Shown: positions 23,988 to 37,007, counted from the stretch's first letter. The stretch: 39,859 nt of DNA from Nemertoderma westbladi (GCA_032718475.1 JAUCBJ010007855.1:1-39859); one strand, 5' to 3'. Notes: generated from the sequence alone by a model not told the origin. Program-made: numbers and translations.

Positions 23988-24000
23988 GGCCCTCGCATGG

Positions 24001-26774
24001 GTACTCCTCCCCACTAGTTCCGTACTCCTCCCACTTGTTCCGTACTCCTCCCCACTAGTTCCGTCCTCCTCCCCACTAGTTCCGTACTCCTCCCCACTAG
24101 TTCCGTACTCCTCCCCACTAGTTCCGTACTCCTCCCCACTAGTTCCGTACTCCTCCCCACTAGTTCCGTACTCCTCCCCACTAGTTCCGTACTCCTCCCC
24201 ACTAGTTCCGTCCTCCTCCCCACTAGTTCCGTACTCCTCCCCACTAGTTCCGTACTCCTCCCCACTAGTTCCGTACTCGCCCCCACTAGTTCGGGACTCC
24301 TCCCACTAGTTCCGTACTCCTCCCCACTAATTCCGTACTCCTCCCCACTAGTTCCGTACTCCTCCCCACTAGTTCCGTACTCCTCCCCTCTTGTTCCGTA
24401 CTCCTCCCCACTAGTTCCGTACTCCTCCCACTTGTTCCGTACTCCTCCCCACTAGTTCCGTCCTCCTCCCCACTAGTTCCGTACTCCTCCCCACTAGTTC
24501 CGTACTCCTCCCCACTAGTTCCGTACTCCTCCCACTAGTTCCGTACTCCTCCCCACTAATTCCATGCTCCTCCCCACTAATTCTGTACTCCTCCCCACTA
24601 GTTCCGTACTCCTCCCCTCTAGTTCCATACTCCTCCCCACTAGTTCCGTACTCCTCCCACTTGTTCCGTACTCCTCCCCACTAGTTCCATCCTCCTCCCC
24701 ACTAGTTCCGTACTCCTCCCCACTAGTTCCGTACTCCTCCCCACTAGTTCCGTACTCCTCCCCACTAGTTCCGTACTCCTCCCCAATAGTTCCGTACTCC
24801 TCCCCACTAGTTCCGTACTCCTCCCCACTAGTTCCGTACTCCTCCCTACTAGTTCCGTACTCCTCCCTACTAGTTCCGTACTCCTCCCCACTAGTTCCGT
24901 ACTCCTCCCCACTAGTTCCGCACTCCTCCCCACTAGTTCCCACTCCTCCCCAATAGTTCCGTACTCACCCCCACTAGTTCCGTACCGTACTTCTCCCCAC
25001 TAGTTCCGTACTCCTCCCCACTAGTTCCGTACTCCTCCCCACTACTAGTACCGTACTCCTCCCCACTAGTTCCCACTCCTCCCCAATAGTTCCGTACTCC
25101 TCCCCACTAGTTCCGACCGTACTCCTCCCCACTAGTTCCGTACTCCTCCCCACTAGTTCCGTACTCCTCCCCACTACGTTCCGTACTCCTCCCCACTAGT
25201 TCCGTACTCCTCCCCACTAGTTCCGTACTCCTCCCCACTAGTTCCGTACTCCTCCCCACTAGTTCCGTACTCCTCCCCACTAGTTCCGTACTCCTCCCCA
25301 CTAGTTCCGTACTCCTCCCCACTAGTTCCGTACTCCTCCCCACTAGTTCCGTACTCCTCCCCACTAGTTCCGTACTCCTCCCCACTAGTTCCGTACTCCT
25401 CCCCACTAGTTCCGTACTCCTCCCCACTAGTTCCGTACTTCTCCCCACTAGTTCCGTACTCCTCCCCACTAGTTCCGTACTCCTCCCCACTACTAGTACC
25501 GTACTCCTCCCCACTAGTTCTGTACTCCTCCCCACTCACTAGTTCCGTACTCCTCCCCACTCATTCCGTACTCCTCCCCACTAGTTCCGTACTCCTCCGC
25601 ACTAGTTCCGTACTCCTCCCCACTAGTTCCGTACTCCTCCCCACTAGTTCCGTACTCCTCCCCACTAGTTCCGTACTCCTCCCCACTAGTTCCGTACTCC
25701 TCCCCACTCATTCCGTACTCATACCCACTAGTTCCGTACTCCTCCCACTAGTTCCGTACTCCTCCCCACTATTTCCGCACTCCTCCCCACTAGTTCCGCA
25801 CTCCTCCCCACTAGTTCCACACTCCTCCCCAATAGTTCCGCACTTCTACCCACTAGTTCCGTACACCTATCCAATAGTTCCGTACTCTACCCCACTAGTT
25901 CCATACACACCCCCACTAGTTCCGTACTCCTCCCCACTAGTTACGTACTCCTCACCACAAGTTCCGTACTCATCCCACTAGTTCCGTACTCCTCCCCACT
26001 ATTTCCGTACTCGCCCCCACTAGTTCCGTACTCCTCCCCACTAGTTCCGTACTCCTCCGCACTAGTTCCGTACACCTCCACACTAGTTCGGGACTCCTCC
26101 CCACTAGTTCCGTACTCCTCCGCACTAGTTCCGTACACCTCCACACTAGTTCCGTACTCCTCCCCACTAGTTCCGTACCGTACTCACTCATCCCCACTAG
26201 TTCCGTACCGCACTCCTCCCCACTAGTTCCGTACTCCTCCGCACTAGTTCCGTACACCTCCACACAAGTTCCGTACCGTACTCACTCATACCCACTAGTT
26301 CCGTACCGTACTCCTCCCCACTAGTTCCGTACTCCTCCGCACTAGTTCCGTACACCTCCACACTAGTTCCGTACCGTACTCCTCCCCACTAGTTCCGTAC
26401 ACCTCCACACTAGTTCCGTACCGTACTCACTCATCCCCACTAGTTCCGTACCGTACTCCTCCCCACTAGTTCCGTACACCTCCACACTAGTTCGGGACTC
26501 CTCCCCACTAGTTCCGTACTCCTCCGCACTAGTTCCGTACACCTCCACACTAGTTCCGTACTCCTCCCCACTAGTTCCGTACCGTACTCACTCATCCCCA
26601 CTAGTTCCGTACCGTACTCCTCCCCACTAGTTCCGTACTCCTCCCACTAGTTCCGTACTCCTCCCCACTAGTTCCGTACTCCTCCCCACTAGTTCCGTAC
26701 CGTACTCACTCATCCCCACTAGTTCCGTACCGTACTCCTCCCCACTAGTTCCGTAGCGTACTCCTCCCCACTAG
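24001..26774. repeat. 21-bp satellite array 2
   Basis: Same unit and same degenerate terminal block as array 1. Confidence 0.98.
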
Positions 26775-29237
26775 CTACCATAAATAATATTTCTTTGCAG
26801 CGGGATATTTTAGAACATTAATATATGTTAAAACTGCTTAAATATAGCTAGTAAATTTCTTTTAAAACACTAGCTAGATTAAAATATATCCCGCTTGACG
26901 CGGGACATATTCTAGAACATTAATACATGTCAAAGACTTCGCATAGAAATAGCTTGTAAATTTTTTTTAAAGCACTAGCTAAATCAAAAATACAGTACCG
27001 GTACTAGCGGTACTAGTGTGTTTTGAGCACACCCCCCCCCCCCCCTCAAATCTTTTATCCTAGCTAGTTTTTGTTACTTTTTTTAATGTTCTAGAACATT
27101 TTTTTTTATTATAATATATTCATTTAATATAACAATTTTATTCTAGAACAAATATTTTTTGTTCTAGAACAAAAAATTGGGAAAAAATAGCTATTTTGTT
27201 TATCATTTTCATTTTTTATTGTATGATATCTTTGTATACTACTACTACTAGGTCGAGCGAACTCGGATCTTTGTATAAATTTTTTAAAAAAGCTAGTTTT
27301 TGTTTCGTTTTTAAAAAAAAAATGTTCTACAGTAGTGCATATGATCTATTAATTTAATATAAAAATTTTATTCTAGAACAAATATTATTTGTTCTAGAAC
27401 AAAAAAACAAAAAAAAAATAGCTAATTTGTAAATTTTGTCAATTTCGATTCTATGTTATCTTCGTATCACATATTTAATAAAAATCACTAGCTACAATGA
27501 AAATTTGTAGTTGTTAGTAATTGTTTTTAACACTTAGGCCTACTGATCATAAAAAAAATAATGTTCTAGAACATATAGCTAGTTATTTTTAAAATTTAAA
27601 ATAGCTACCGGTAGTAATAAAAAATTTTATTTATTTATATTATTATTAAAAAATTAATCTACCGGTACCAAATTGTAGTATTTGTTAAATTTACTAGCTA
27701 TTTTAAAATTAAAAAAAACTAGCTATATGTTTTAGAACATTATTATTTTTTATTTTATTTATGTAATATTATATGTATTATACACTAGAGCATAAATAAT
27801 ACAAATAATATATATAATGTTCTAGAACATATAGCTAGTTATTTATCAAATTTAAAATAGCTAGTAATACAACAAAATTTATTTATTTATATTATAGGCC
27901 TATATTTATTAGAAAATTAATCTACCAAATTGGATATTTTTTTAATTTACTAGCTATTTTAAAATTAAAAAAAAACTAGTTATATGTTCTAGAACATTAT
28001 ATTTTTTATTTTATTTATGTTCTAGAAAAGTATATAATACTTTTCCATTGTTCTAGAACACTTCAATGTTTCCATAGTAACAATGACATAAGTTTTAAAA
28101 ATGCAGTTCTATACGGAACTCTAGACTTAATATTATTGTCAAAAACTGCTTAAAAATAGCAAAAAAATACAAAATGGGGAGGAATACGGAACTCTTCCCA
28201 ATTTTTTTTTTGATAAAACAATAGAAAAAGACTGATACATGAGATTTTGAGACAGGGGGGGGGGGCGATCTGGACGCACATCCCTCTTGGCGAATTAATA
28301 TGAATTTAATTAAAAATTCAGAAAAAATAAAGAAAAAATGTATTAATGAACCATTAAAGTGTTCCTTTTTTTCAAATATATACTTTCCTTTAAAATACTT
28401 CCCTTTCCTATTTCTACTCCTACTACACTGTAGGCCTAGAACTAAATTTATTCCAGAAATTATGTGATTGTTGCTATGGTTAAAGTTAAAATAAATATTG
28501 TCATTGTGATTATAACCTAACTGTAATTTGATTTTATTAGTCCAATCAAGTCCATAAATGGTGATTCTTTGTGGAGCTGCTGAAGAAGCTTCTCCGTCGT
28601 GCCTCTTTCTGTCTTCGCATGATCGAATGTTTGACACGAGACCAGATAATAAATAATTTAATAAGTTCCTATAAAATTTGTCAAATTTCTTTAAAATATT
28701 TTAGAACAAAACATATTTGTTACATCAAATTTCATGTATCAGACTTTTTATCAATTATAAAGGATACTATGGTTTTAAAAAAAATGTTATGGTGTCGGGC
28801 CTAATTAATTAATAATAAATCAATCATTGCTATTAATTTATAGGTACAGTAGGCCTACATTGTACACTACATGTACAGTCTATAATAAATCATTGGTAAC
28901 GGTTCCGTTTGTATTAAACGCTAAACATAATGTTTCGTTTTCGGACAGCTCGTGAAAAAATGATTATTTTTTTATTTTTATCTTCCCCCATGCAAAATAT
29001 TAACCACTCCGTAATTTTTTTTGACAGTTTGTTTTTAGTTTTAAATAGCTTACAGTACAGGTTAGAAATTATATTATAATAATATCATTTATATGCGATG
29101 GGTGTACAGTACTATTAATTGGTGGCAGGAGATTATGTCTGTATATGGGTCAATGCCAACCAAATTGACCAATGTCCCTACGTGATTTTTGAAATTTGTT
29201 GAATTTTGAAATTAACTTTGAGAATCATTCCGGAATG
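26775..29237. repeat. AT-rich spacer, copy 2
   Basis: Direct repeat of 21531-23987. Confidence 0.97.
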
Positions 29238-29250
29238 GGCCCTCGCATGG

Positions 29251-32123
29251 GTACTCCTCCCCACTAGTTCCGTACTCCTCCCACTTGTTCCGTACTCCTC
29301 CCCACTAGTTCCGTCCTCCTCCCCACTAGTTCCGTACTCCTCCCCACTAGTTCCGTACTCCTCCCCACTAGTTCCGTACTCCTCCCCACTAGTTCCGTAC
29401 TCCTCCCCACTAGTTCCGTACTCCTCCCCACTAGTTCCGTACTCCTCCCCACTAGTTCCGTACTCCTCCCCACTAGTTCCGTACTCCTCCCCACTAGTTC
29501 CGTACTCCTCCCCACTAGTTCCGTACTCCTCCCCACTAGTTCCGTACTCCTCCCCACTAGTTCCGTACTCCTCCCCACTAGTTCCGTACTCCTCCCCACT
29601 AGTTCCGTACTCCTCCCCACTAGTTCCGTACTCCTCCCCACTTGTTCCGTACTCCTCCCCACTAGTTCCGTCCTCCTCCCCACTAGTTCCGTACTCCTCC
29701 CCACTAGTTCCGTACTCCTCCCCACTAGTTCCGTACTCCTCCCCACTAGTTCTGTACTCCTCCCCACTAGTTCCGTACTCCTCCCCACTAGTTCCGTACT
29801 CCTCCCCACTAGTTCCGTACTCCTCCCACTAGTTCCGTACTCCTCCCCACTAGTTCCGTCCTCCTCCCCACTAGTTCCGTACTCCTCCCCACTAGTTCCG
29901 TACTCCTCCCCACTAGTTCCGTACTCCTCCCCACTCGTTCCGTACTCCTCCCCACTAGTTCCATACTCCTCCCCACTAGTTCCGTACTCCTCCCCACTAG
30001 TTCCGTACTCCTCCCCCACTAGTTCCGTACTCCTCCCCACTAGTTCCGTACTCCTCCCCACTAGTTCCGTACTCCTCCCCAATAGTTCCGTACTCCTCCC
30101 CACTAGTTCCGTACTCCTCCCCACTAGTTCCGTACTCCTCCCCACTAGTTCCGTACTCCTCTCCACTAGTTCCGTACTCCTCCCCACTAGTTCCGTACTC
30201 CTCCCCACTAGTTCCGTACTCCTCCCCACTAGTTCCGTACTCCTCCCCACTCAGTTCCGTACTCATCCCCACTAGTTCCGTACTCCTCCCCACTAGTTCC
30301 GTACTCCTCCCCACTATTTCCGCACTCCTCCCCACTAGTTCCGCACTCCTCCCCACTAGTTCCACACTCCTCCCCAATAGTTCCGCACTTCTACCCCCAC
30401 TAGTTCCGTACCGTACTTCTCCCCACTAGTTCCGTACTCCTCCCCACTAGTTCCGTACTCCTCCCCACTAGTTCCGTACTCCTCCCCACTAGTTCCGCAC
30501 TCCTCCCCACTAGTTCCGCACTCCTCCCCACTAGTTCCGCACTCCTCCCCACTAGTTCCGTACTCCTCCCACTAGTTCCGTACTCCTCTCCACTAGTTCC
30601 GTACTCCTCCCCACTAGTTCCGTACTCCTCCCCACTAGTTCCGTACTCCTCCCCACTAGTTCCGTACTCCTCCCCATCTAGTTCCGTACTCCTCCCCACT
30701 AGTTCCGTACTCCTCCCCACTAGTTCCGTACTCCACCCCACTAGTTCCGTACTCCTCCCCACTAGTTCCGTACTCCTCCCCACTAGTTCCGTACTCCTCC
30801 CCACTACTAGTACCGTACTCCTCCCCACTAGTTCCGTACTCCTCCCCAACTAGTTCCGTACTCCTCCCCACTAGTTCCGTACTCCTCCCCACTAGTTCCG
30901 TACTCCTCCCCACTAGTTCCGTACTCCTCCCCACTAGTTCCGTACTCCTCCCCACTAGTTCCGTACTCCTCCCCACTAGTTCCGTACTCCTCCCCACTAG
31001 TTCCGTACTCCTCCCCACTCATTCCGTACTCATACCCACTAGTTCCGTACTCCTCCCACTAGTTCCGTACTCCTCCCCACTATTTCCGCACTCCTCCCCA
31101 CTAGTTCCGCACTCCTCCCCACTAGTTCCACACTCCTCCCCAATAGTTCCGCACTTCTACCCACTAGTTCCGTACACCTATCCAATAGTTCCGTACTCTA
31201 CCCCACTAGTTCCATACACACCCCCACTAGTTCCGTACTCCTCCCCACTAGTTACGTACTCCTCACCACAAGTTCCGTACTCATCCCACTAGTTCCGTAC
31301 TCCTCCCACTATTCGTACTCCCCCCACTAGTTCCGTACTCCTCCCCACTAGTTCCGTACTCGCCCCCACTAGTTCCGTACTCCTCCCCACTAGTTCCGTA
31401 CTCCTCCGCACTAGTTCCGTACACCTCCACACTAGTTCGGGACTCCTCCCCACTAGTTCCGTACTCCTCCGCACTAGTTCCGTACACCTCCACACTAGTT
31501 CCGTACTCCTCCCCACTAGTTCCGTACCGTACTCACTCATCCCCACTAGTTCCGTACCGCACTCCTCCCCACTAGTTCCGTACTCCTCCGCACTAGTTCC
31601 GTACACCTCCACACAAGTTCCGTACCGTACTCACTCATACCCACTAGTTCCGTACCGTACTCCTCCCCACTAGTTCCGTACTCCTCCGCACTAGTTCCGT
31701 ACACCTCCACACTAGTTCCGTACCGTACTCCTCCCCACTAGTTCCGTACACCTCCACACTAGTTCCGTACCGTACTCACTCATCCCCACTAGTTCCGTAC
31801 CGTACTCCTCCCCACTAGTTCCGTACACCTCCACACTAGTTCGGGACTCCTCCCCACTAGTTCCGTACTCCTCCGCACTAGTTCCGTACACCTCCACACT
31901 AGTTCCGTACTCCTCCCCACTAGTTCCGTACCGTACTCACTCATCCCCACTAGTTCCGTACCGTACTCCTCCCCACTAGTTCCGTACTCCTCCCACTAGT
32001 TCCGTACTCCTCCCCACTAGTTCCGTACTCCTCCCCACTAGTTCCGTACCGTACTCACTCATCCCCACTAGTTCCGTACCGTACTCCTCCCCACTAGTTC
32101 CGTAGCGTACTCCTCCCCACTAG
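29251..32123. repeat. 21-bp satellite array 3
   Basis: Same unit, same GGCCCTCGCATGG junction upstream, same terminal block. Confidence 0.98.
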
Positions 32124-34595
32124 CTACCATAAATAATATTTCTTTGCAGCGGGATATTTTAGAACATTAATATATGTTAAAACTGCTTAAATATAGCTAG
32201 TAAATTTCTTTTAAAACACTAGCTAGATTAAAATATATCCCGCTTGACGCGGGACATATTCTAGAACATTAATACATGTCAAAGACTTCGCATAGAAATA
32301 GCTTGTAAATTTTTTTTAAAGCACTAGCTAAATCAAAAATACAGTACCGGTACTAGCGGTACTAGTGTGTTTTGAGCACACCCCCCCCCCCCCCTCAAAT
32401 CTTTTATCCTAGCTAGTTTTTGTTACTTTTTTTAATGTTCTAGAACATTTTTTTTTATTATAATATATTCATTTAATATAACAATTTTATTCTAGAACAA
32501 ATATTTTTTGTTCTAGAACAAAAAATTGGGAAAAAATAGCTATTTTGTTTATCATTTTCATTTTTTATTGTATGATATCTTTGTATACTACTACTACTAG
32601 GTCGAGCGAACTCGGATCTTTGTATAAATTTTTTAAAAAAGCTAGTTTTTGTTTCGTTTTTAAAAAAAAAATGTTCTACAGTAGTGCATATGATCTATTA
32701 ATTTAATATAAAAATTTTATTCTAGAACAAATATTATTTGTTCTAGAACAAAAAAACAAAAAAAAAATAGCTAATTTGTAAATTTTGTCAATTTCGATTC
32801 TATGTTATCTTCGTATCACATATTTAATAAAAATCACTAGCTACAATGAAAATTTGTAGTTGTTAGTAATTGTTTTTAACACTTAGGCCTACTGATCATA
32901 AAAAAAATAATGTTCTAGAACATATAGCTAGTTATTTTTAAAATTTAAAATAGCTACCGGTAGTAATAAAAAATTTTATTTATTTATATTATTATTAAAA
33001 AATTAATCTACCGGTACCAAATTGTAGTATTTGTTAAATTTACTAGCTATTTTAAAATTAAAAAAAACTAGCTATATGTTTTAGAACATTATTATTTTTT
33101 ATTTTATTTATGTAATATTATATGTATTATACACTAGAGCATAAATAATACAAATAATATATATAATGTTCTAGAACATATAGCTAGTTATTTATCAAAT
33201 TTAAAATAGCTAGTAATACAACAAAATTTATTTATTTATATTATAGGCCTATATTTATTAGAAAATTAATCTACCAAATTGGATATTTTTTTAATTTACT
33301 AGCTATTTTAAAATTAAAAAAAAACTAGTTATATGTTCTAGAACATTATATTTTTTATTTTATTTATGTTCTAGAAAAGTATATAATACTTTTCCATTGT
33401 TCTAGAACACTTCAATGTTTCCATAGTAACAATGACATAAGTTTTAAAAATGCAGTTCTATACGGAACTCTAGACTTAATATTATTGTCAAAAACTGCTT
33501 AAAAATAGCAAAAAAATACAAAATGGGGAGGAATACGGAACTCTTCCCAATTTTTTTTTTGATAAAGCAATAGAAAAAGACTGATACATGAGATTTTGAG
33601 ACAGGGGGGGGGGGGGGGGGGGGCGATCTGGACGCACATCCCTCTTGGCGGATTAATATGAATTTAATTAAAAATTCAGAAAAAATAAAGAAAAAATTTA
33701 TTAATGAACCATTAAAGTGTTCCTTTTTTTCAAATATATACTTTCCTTTAAAATACTTCCCTTTCCTATTTCTACTCCAACAACACTGTAGGCCTACAAC
33801 TAAATTTATTCCAGAAATTATGTGATTGTTGCTATGGTTAAAGTTAAAATAAATATTGTCATTGTGATTATAACCTAACTGTAATTTGATTTTATTAGTC
33901 CAATCAAGTCCATAAATGGTGATTCTTTGTGGAGCTGCTGAAGAAGCTTCTCCGTCGTGCCTCTTTCTGTCTTCGCATGATCGAATGTTTGACACGAGAC
34001 CAGATAATAAATAATTTAATAAGTTCCTATAAAATTTGTCAAATTTCTTTAAAATATTTTAGAACAAAACATATTTGTTACATCAAATTTCATGTATCAG
34101 ACTTTTTATCAATTATAAAGGATACTATGGTTTTAAAAAAAATGTTATGGTGTCGGGCCTAATTAATTAATAATAAATCAATCATTGCTATTAATTTATA
34201 GGTACAGTAGGCCTACATTGTACACTACATGTACAGTCTATAATAAATCATTGGTAACGGTTCCGTTTGTATTAAACGCTAAACATAATGTTTCGTTTTC
34301 GGACAGCTCGTGAAAAAATGATTATTTTTTTAATTTTATCTTCCCCCATGCAAAATATTAACCACTCCGTAATTTTTTTTGACAGTTTGTTTTTAGTTTT
34401 AAATATCTTACAGTACAGGTTAGAAATTATATTATAATAATATCATTTATATGCGATGGGTGTACAGTACTATTAATTGGTGGCAGGAGATTATGTCTGT
34501 ATATGGGTCAATGCCAACCAAATTGACCAATGTCCCTACGTGATTTTTGAAATTTGTTGAATTTTGAAATTAACTTTGAGAATCATTCCGGAATG
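32124..34595. repeat. AT-rich spacer, copy 3 (continues into unique sequence)
   Basis: Direct repeat that departs from copies 1 and 2 after CATTCCGGAATG. Confidence 0.97.
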
Positions 34596-34754
34596 CATTA
34601 ATTGAGAAATTTTTTTGTCACGTGGGAAATTTATAAATATTTTTTTCGTTCTTTATGTCCATATTCTTGTAAATTTGAAGTAACAGTCGTTTAATGGCGG
34701 TATTGAGGTGTCCGGCAAGAGATGTCAGATCGAAGTGGAAAGTTTCTGGTGAGA
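34584..34754 (+). promoter_or_regulatory. Putative host-gene promoter and first exon
   Basis: ETS-like CCGGAA (34588), E-box GTCACGTG (34617), YY1-like AATGGCGG (34693), ATG at 34694 or 34722 (MSDRSGKFL), then donor CTG|GTGAGA at 34749. Confidence 0.4.
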
Positions 34755-35127
34755 ATAAATTTTAAAAATTCTGTCACTAAAACTAATTTTTTTATAGAGT
34801 GACAACACAAAGTTTCACTTTCTGGGAAACTTTGCCGTGAAAAGTGGGGCTGATTGTTTTTTTTCCTGTTAATAACAATGTGATACACAAAACTGTTGCA
34901 TATGGTCAACTGAAAACAGTTATTTTATATTTAAAAAATAATTTGAAAATGTAAATAGACAGTTTTTGATGTCATGTATGGGACATATTGATATGGTATA
35001 AGAAGGAATATACATGGAAACGATTATTATAAATTTTGACATTTATTTTCCAATTAAAAACAAGTCATAAAATTCTTCAAACAACTCCTCTGAACTGGAA
35101 TTTAAAAGTCCAGTTTATCGTCCTTTC

Positions 35128-35563
35128 CACTGCCAACTCCTGTTCCATTCCCAACTTCCTTCCCACTGCCAACTCCTGTTCCATTCCCAACTTCCATCCC
35201 ACTGCCAACTCCTGTTCCATTCCCAACTTCCATCCCACTGCCAACTCCTGTTCCATTCCCAACTTCCATCCCACTGCCAACTCCTGTTCCATTCCCAACT
35301 TCCATCCCACTGCCAACTCCTGTTCCATTCCCAACTTCCATCCCACTGCCAACTCCTGTTCCATTCCCAACTTCCTTCCCACTGCCAACTCCTGTTCCAT
35401 TCCCAACTTCCATCCCACTGCCAACTCCTGTTCCATTCCCAACTTCCATCCCACTGCCAACTCCTGTTCCATTCCCAACTTCCATCCCACTGCCAACTCC
35501 TGTTCCATTCCCAACTTCCATCCCACTGCCAACTCCTGTTCCATTCCCAACTTCCATCCCACT
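35128..35563. repeat. 36-bp minisatellite (CCCACTGCCAACTCCTGTTCCATTCCCAACTTCCAT), ~12 units
   Basis: Near-perfect tandem units. Confidence 0.97.
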
Positions 35564-35749
35564 CTCAACTAATGCCCCAATCTCAAAACCCTTTCCATAA
35601 ATAGTTAATTTGGTAATAAATTAATTTGGTCTGTTGTCAATTAAGGTGAAGGAGCAGGTTTACAGTTTATCTGTGACTGGGAAGCCCCCAACCATTAATA
35701 TAATGTAAGTAATTAGTTGTTTAGACCATGATTAACTTCTGCCCCCAAT

Positions 35750-36340
35750 ACTATGTCAAGTATGGGACATCCGTCACGTTATGGGACATGGCAGTTTTTC
35801 AACCTGGCCAAATAAATGTTTACGTAGCAGTCTCACCGATACAACCCATACATGGCTAAACTGTCTGAGAAATGGATGTGATGATCTAAATCTTAGGAGT
35901 TCGCGTTTTCTGATAAAAAAAAACCTCCATTGGGACACTTTTTTGGACCATTTTCGAGACGCTCACGCAATTGATTCATTTGCACTGATTAACCACCAAA
36001 ATTTGCCAATCTAATTGAAACATATGGAAGAATATGAGTGGGAGTTTAGTTTTAACACATCGGGTTAATGGCTCACAATTGACAATTTATATGCTATTAA
36101 ATTAATCATTTACCGAGTGTATGTGACACTGTTATTGTGTATGGACAAAAATCGGACCACGTTAATATTTTTTTGTATTTCTGATATCTCAAATTTACTA
36201 CGAAGCTACGTTTATTTGTTCACAGGAATTATACTCAGCAGGGATATTAATCGTTTGGCACCTGAATTGTAATTTTAAGGGCCAAAATGAACCCGTAATC
36301 CCAATCATAAAATTTGAAAAATGTCCCGTAAGTGACGATT
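35750..36340. mobile_element. Possible degenerate DNA-transposon/MITE remnant
   Basis: Motif GTCAxxTATGGGACAT occurs twice at 35755-35790, inverted at 36321-36337, and once at ~34969. Termini not resolved. Confidence 0.35.
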
Positions 36341-37007
36341 TTTTTTAAATAAAAATAATAATAATTAATGTAAAATTATTTATATATACTATTGTTTGGT
36401 GGTGCAGACATTCACTACCGCCGGTGGGTCTCCATTCCATACAGGGTTGATTGAGTCCACTCCTCATAAAAGGAGAATGAAAAAAATTATTAAACTTACA
36501 GTATTTGAAAATATATTTTTTTAATAAAGAAATAAGGGCCAGCACTATTTGACAGAGCGGACACAGAATATAACATAACTTTACAAACACAATAGACACA
36601 GGAGTGACTTTGTAATAATAATTGCACTTAAACACAACAGTAAAGTACCGGTAGGCCTATACCGTACCTTAAGTAAGTACCGTTAATGCTAAAAATCATA
36701 ACTAATTACTCAAAAATATTGCATAGATGGTTGGTCTTGAATGGCCAAGTTTCAACGAAAATTAGCACAAAATCTCAAAAACAGAATGAACGATCTGAAA
36801 ATTAAATAATTATTTTGGAAATAAATCTGATTAAAGATTATAATAATGTTATAATAACGTTGCAGTAAAGTTATTAAATCAAAGATTATTGAGTTATTGA
36901 AAATAAATTGCAACAAAACTATAATAGCACCTTATTAACGAAAAATATTAACACTGTGATGGAAAAATTAGTCAGGAAAATATGGTAAATAGTTACCCAG
37001 AAGTATA

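Noticed and set aside
16909-31897. Heptad-repeat ORFs (GRSTELV, GEEYGTS, LVPYSSP; superficially like the Pol II CTD or ice-nucleation repeats)
   Set aside because: Translations of a 21-bp satellite; frequent 20- and 26-bp units shift the frame, and most starts are non-ATG.
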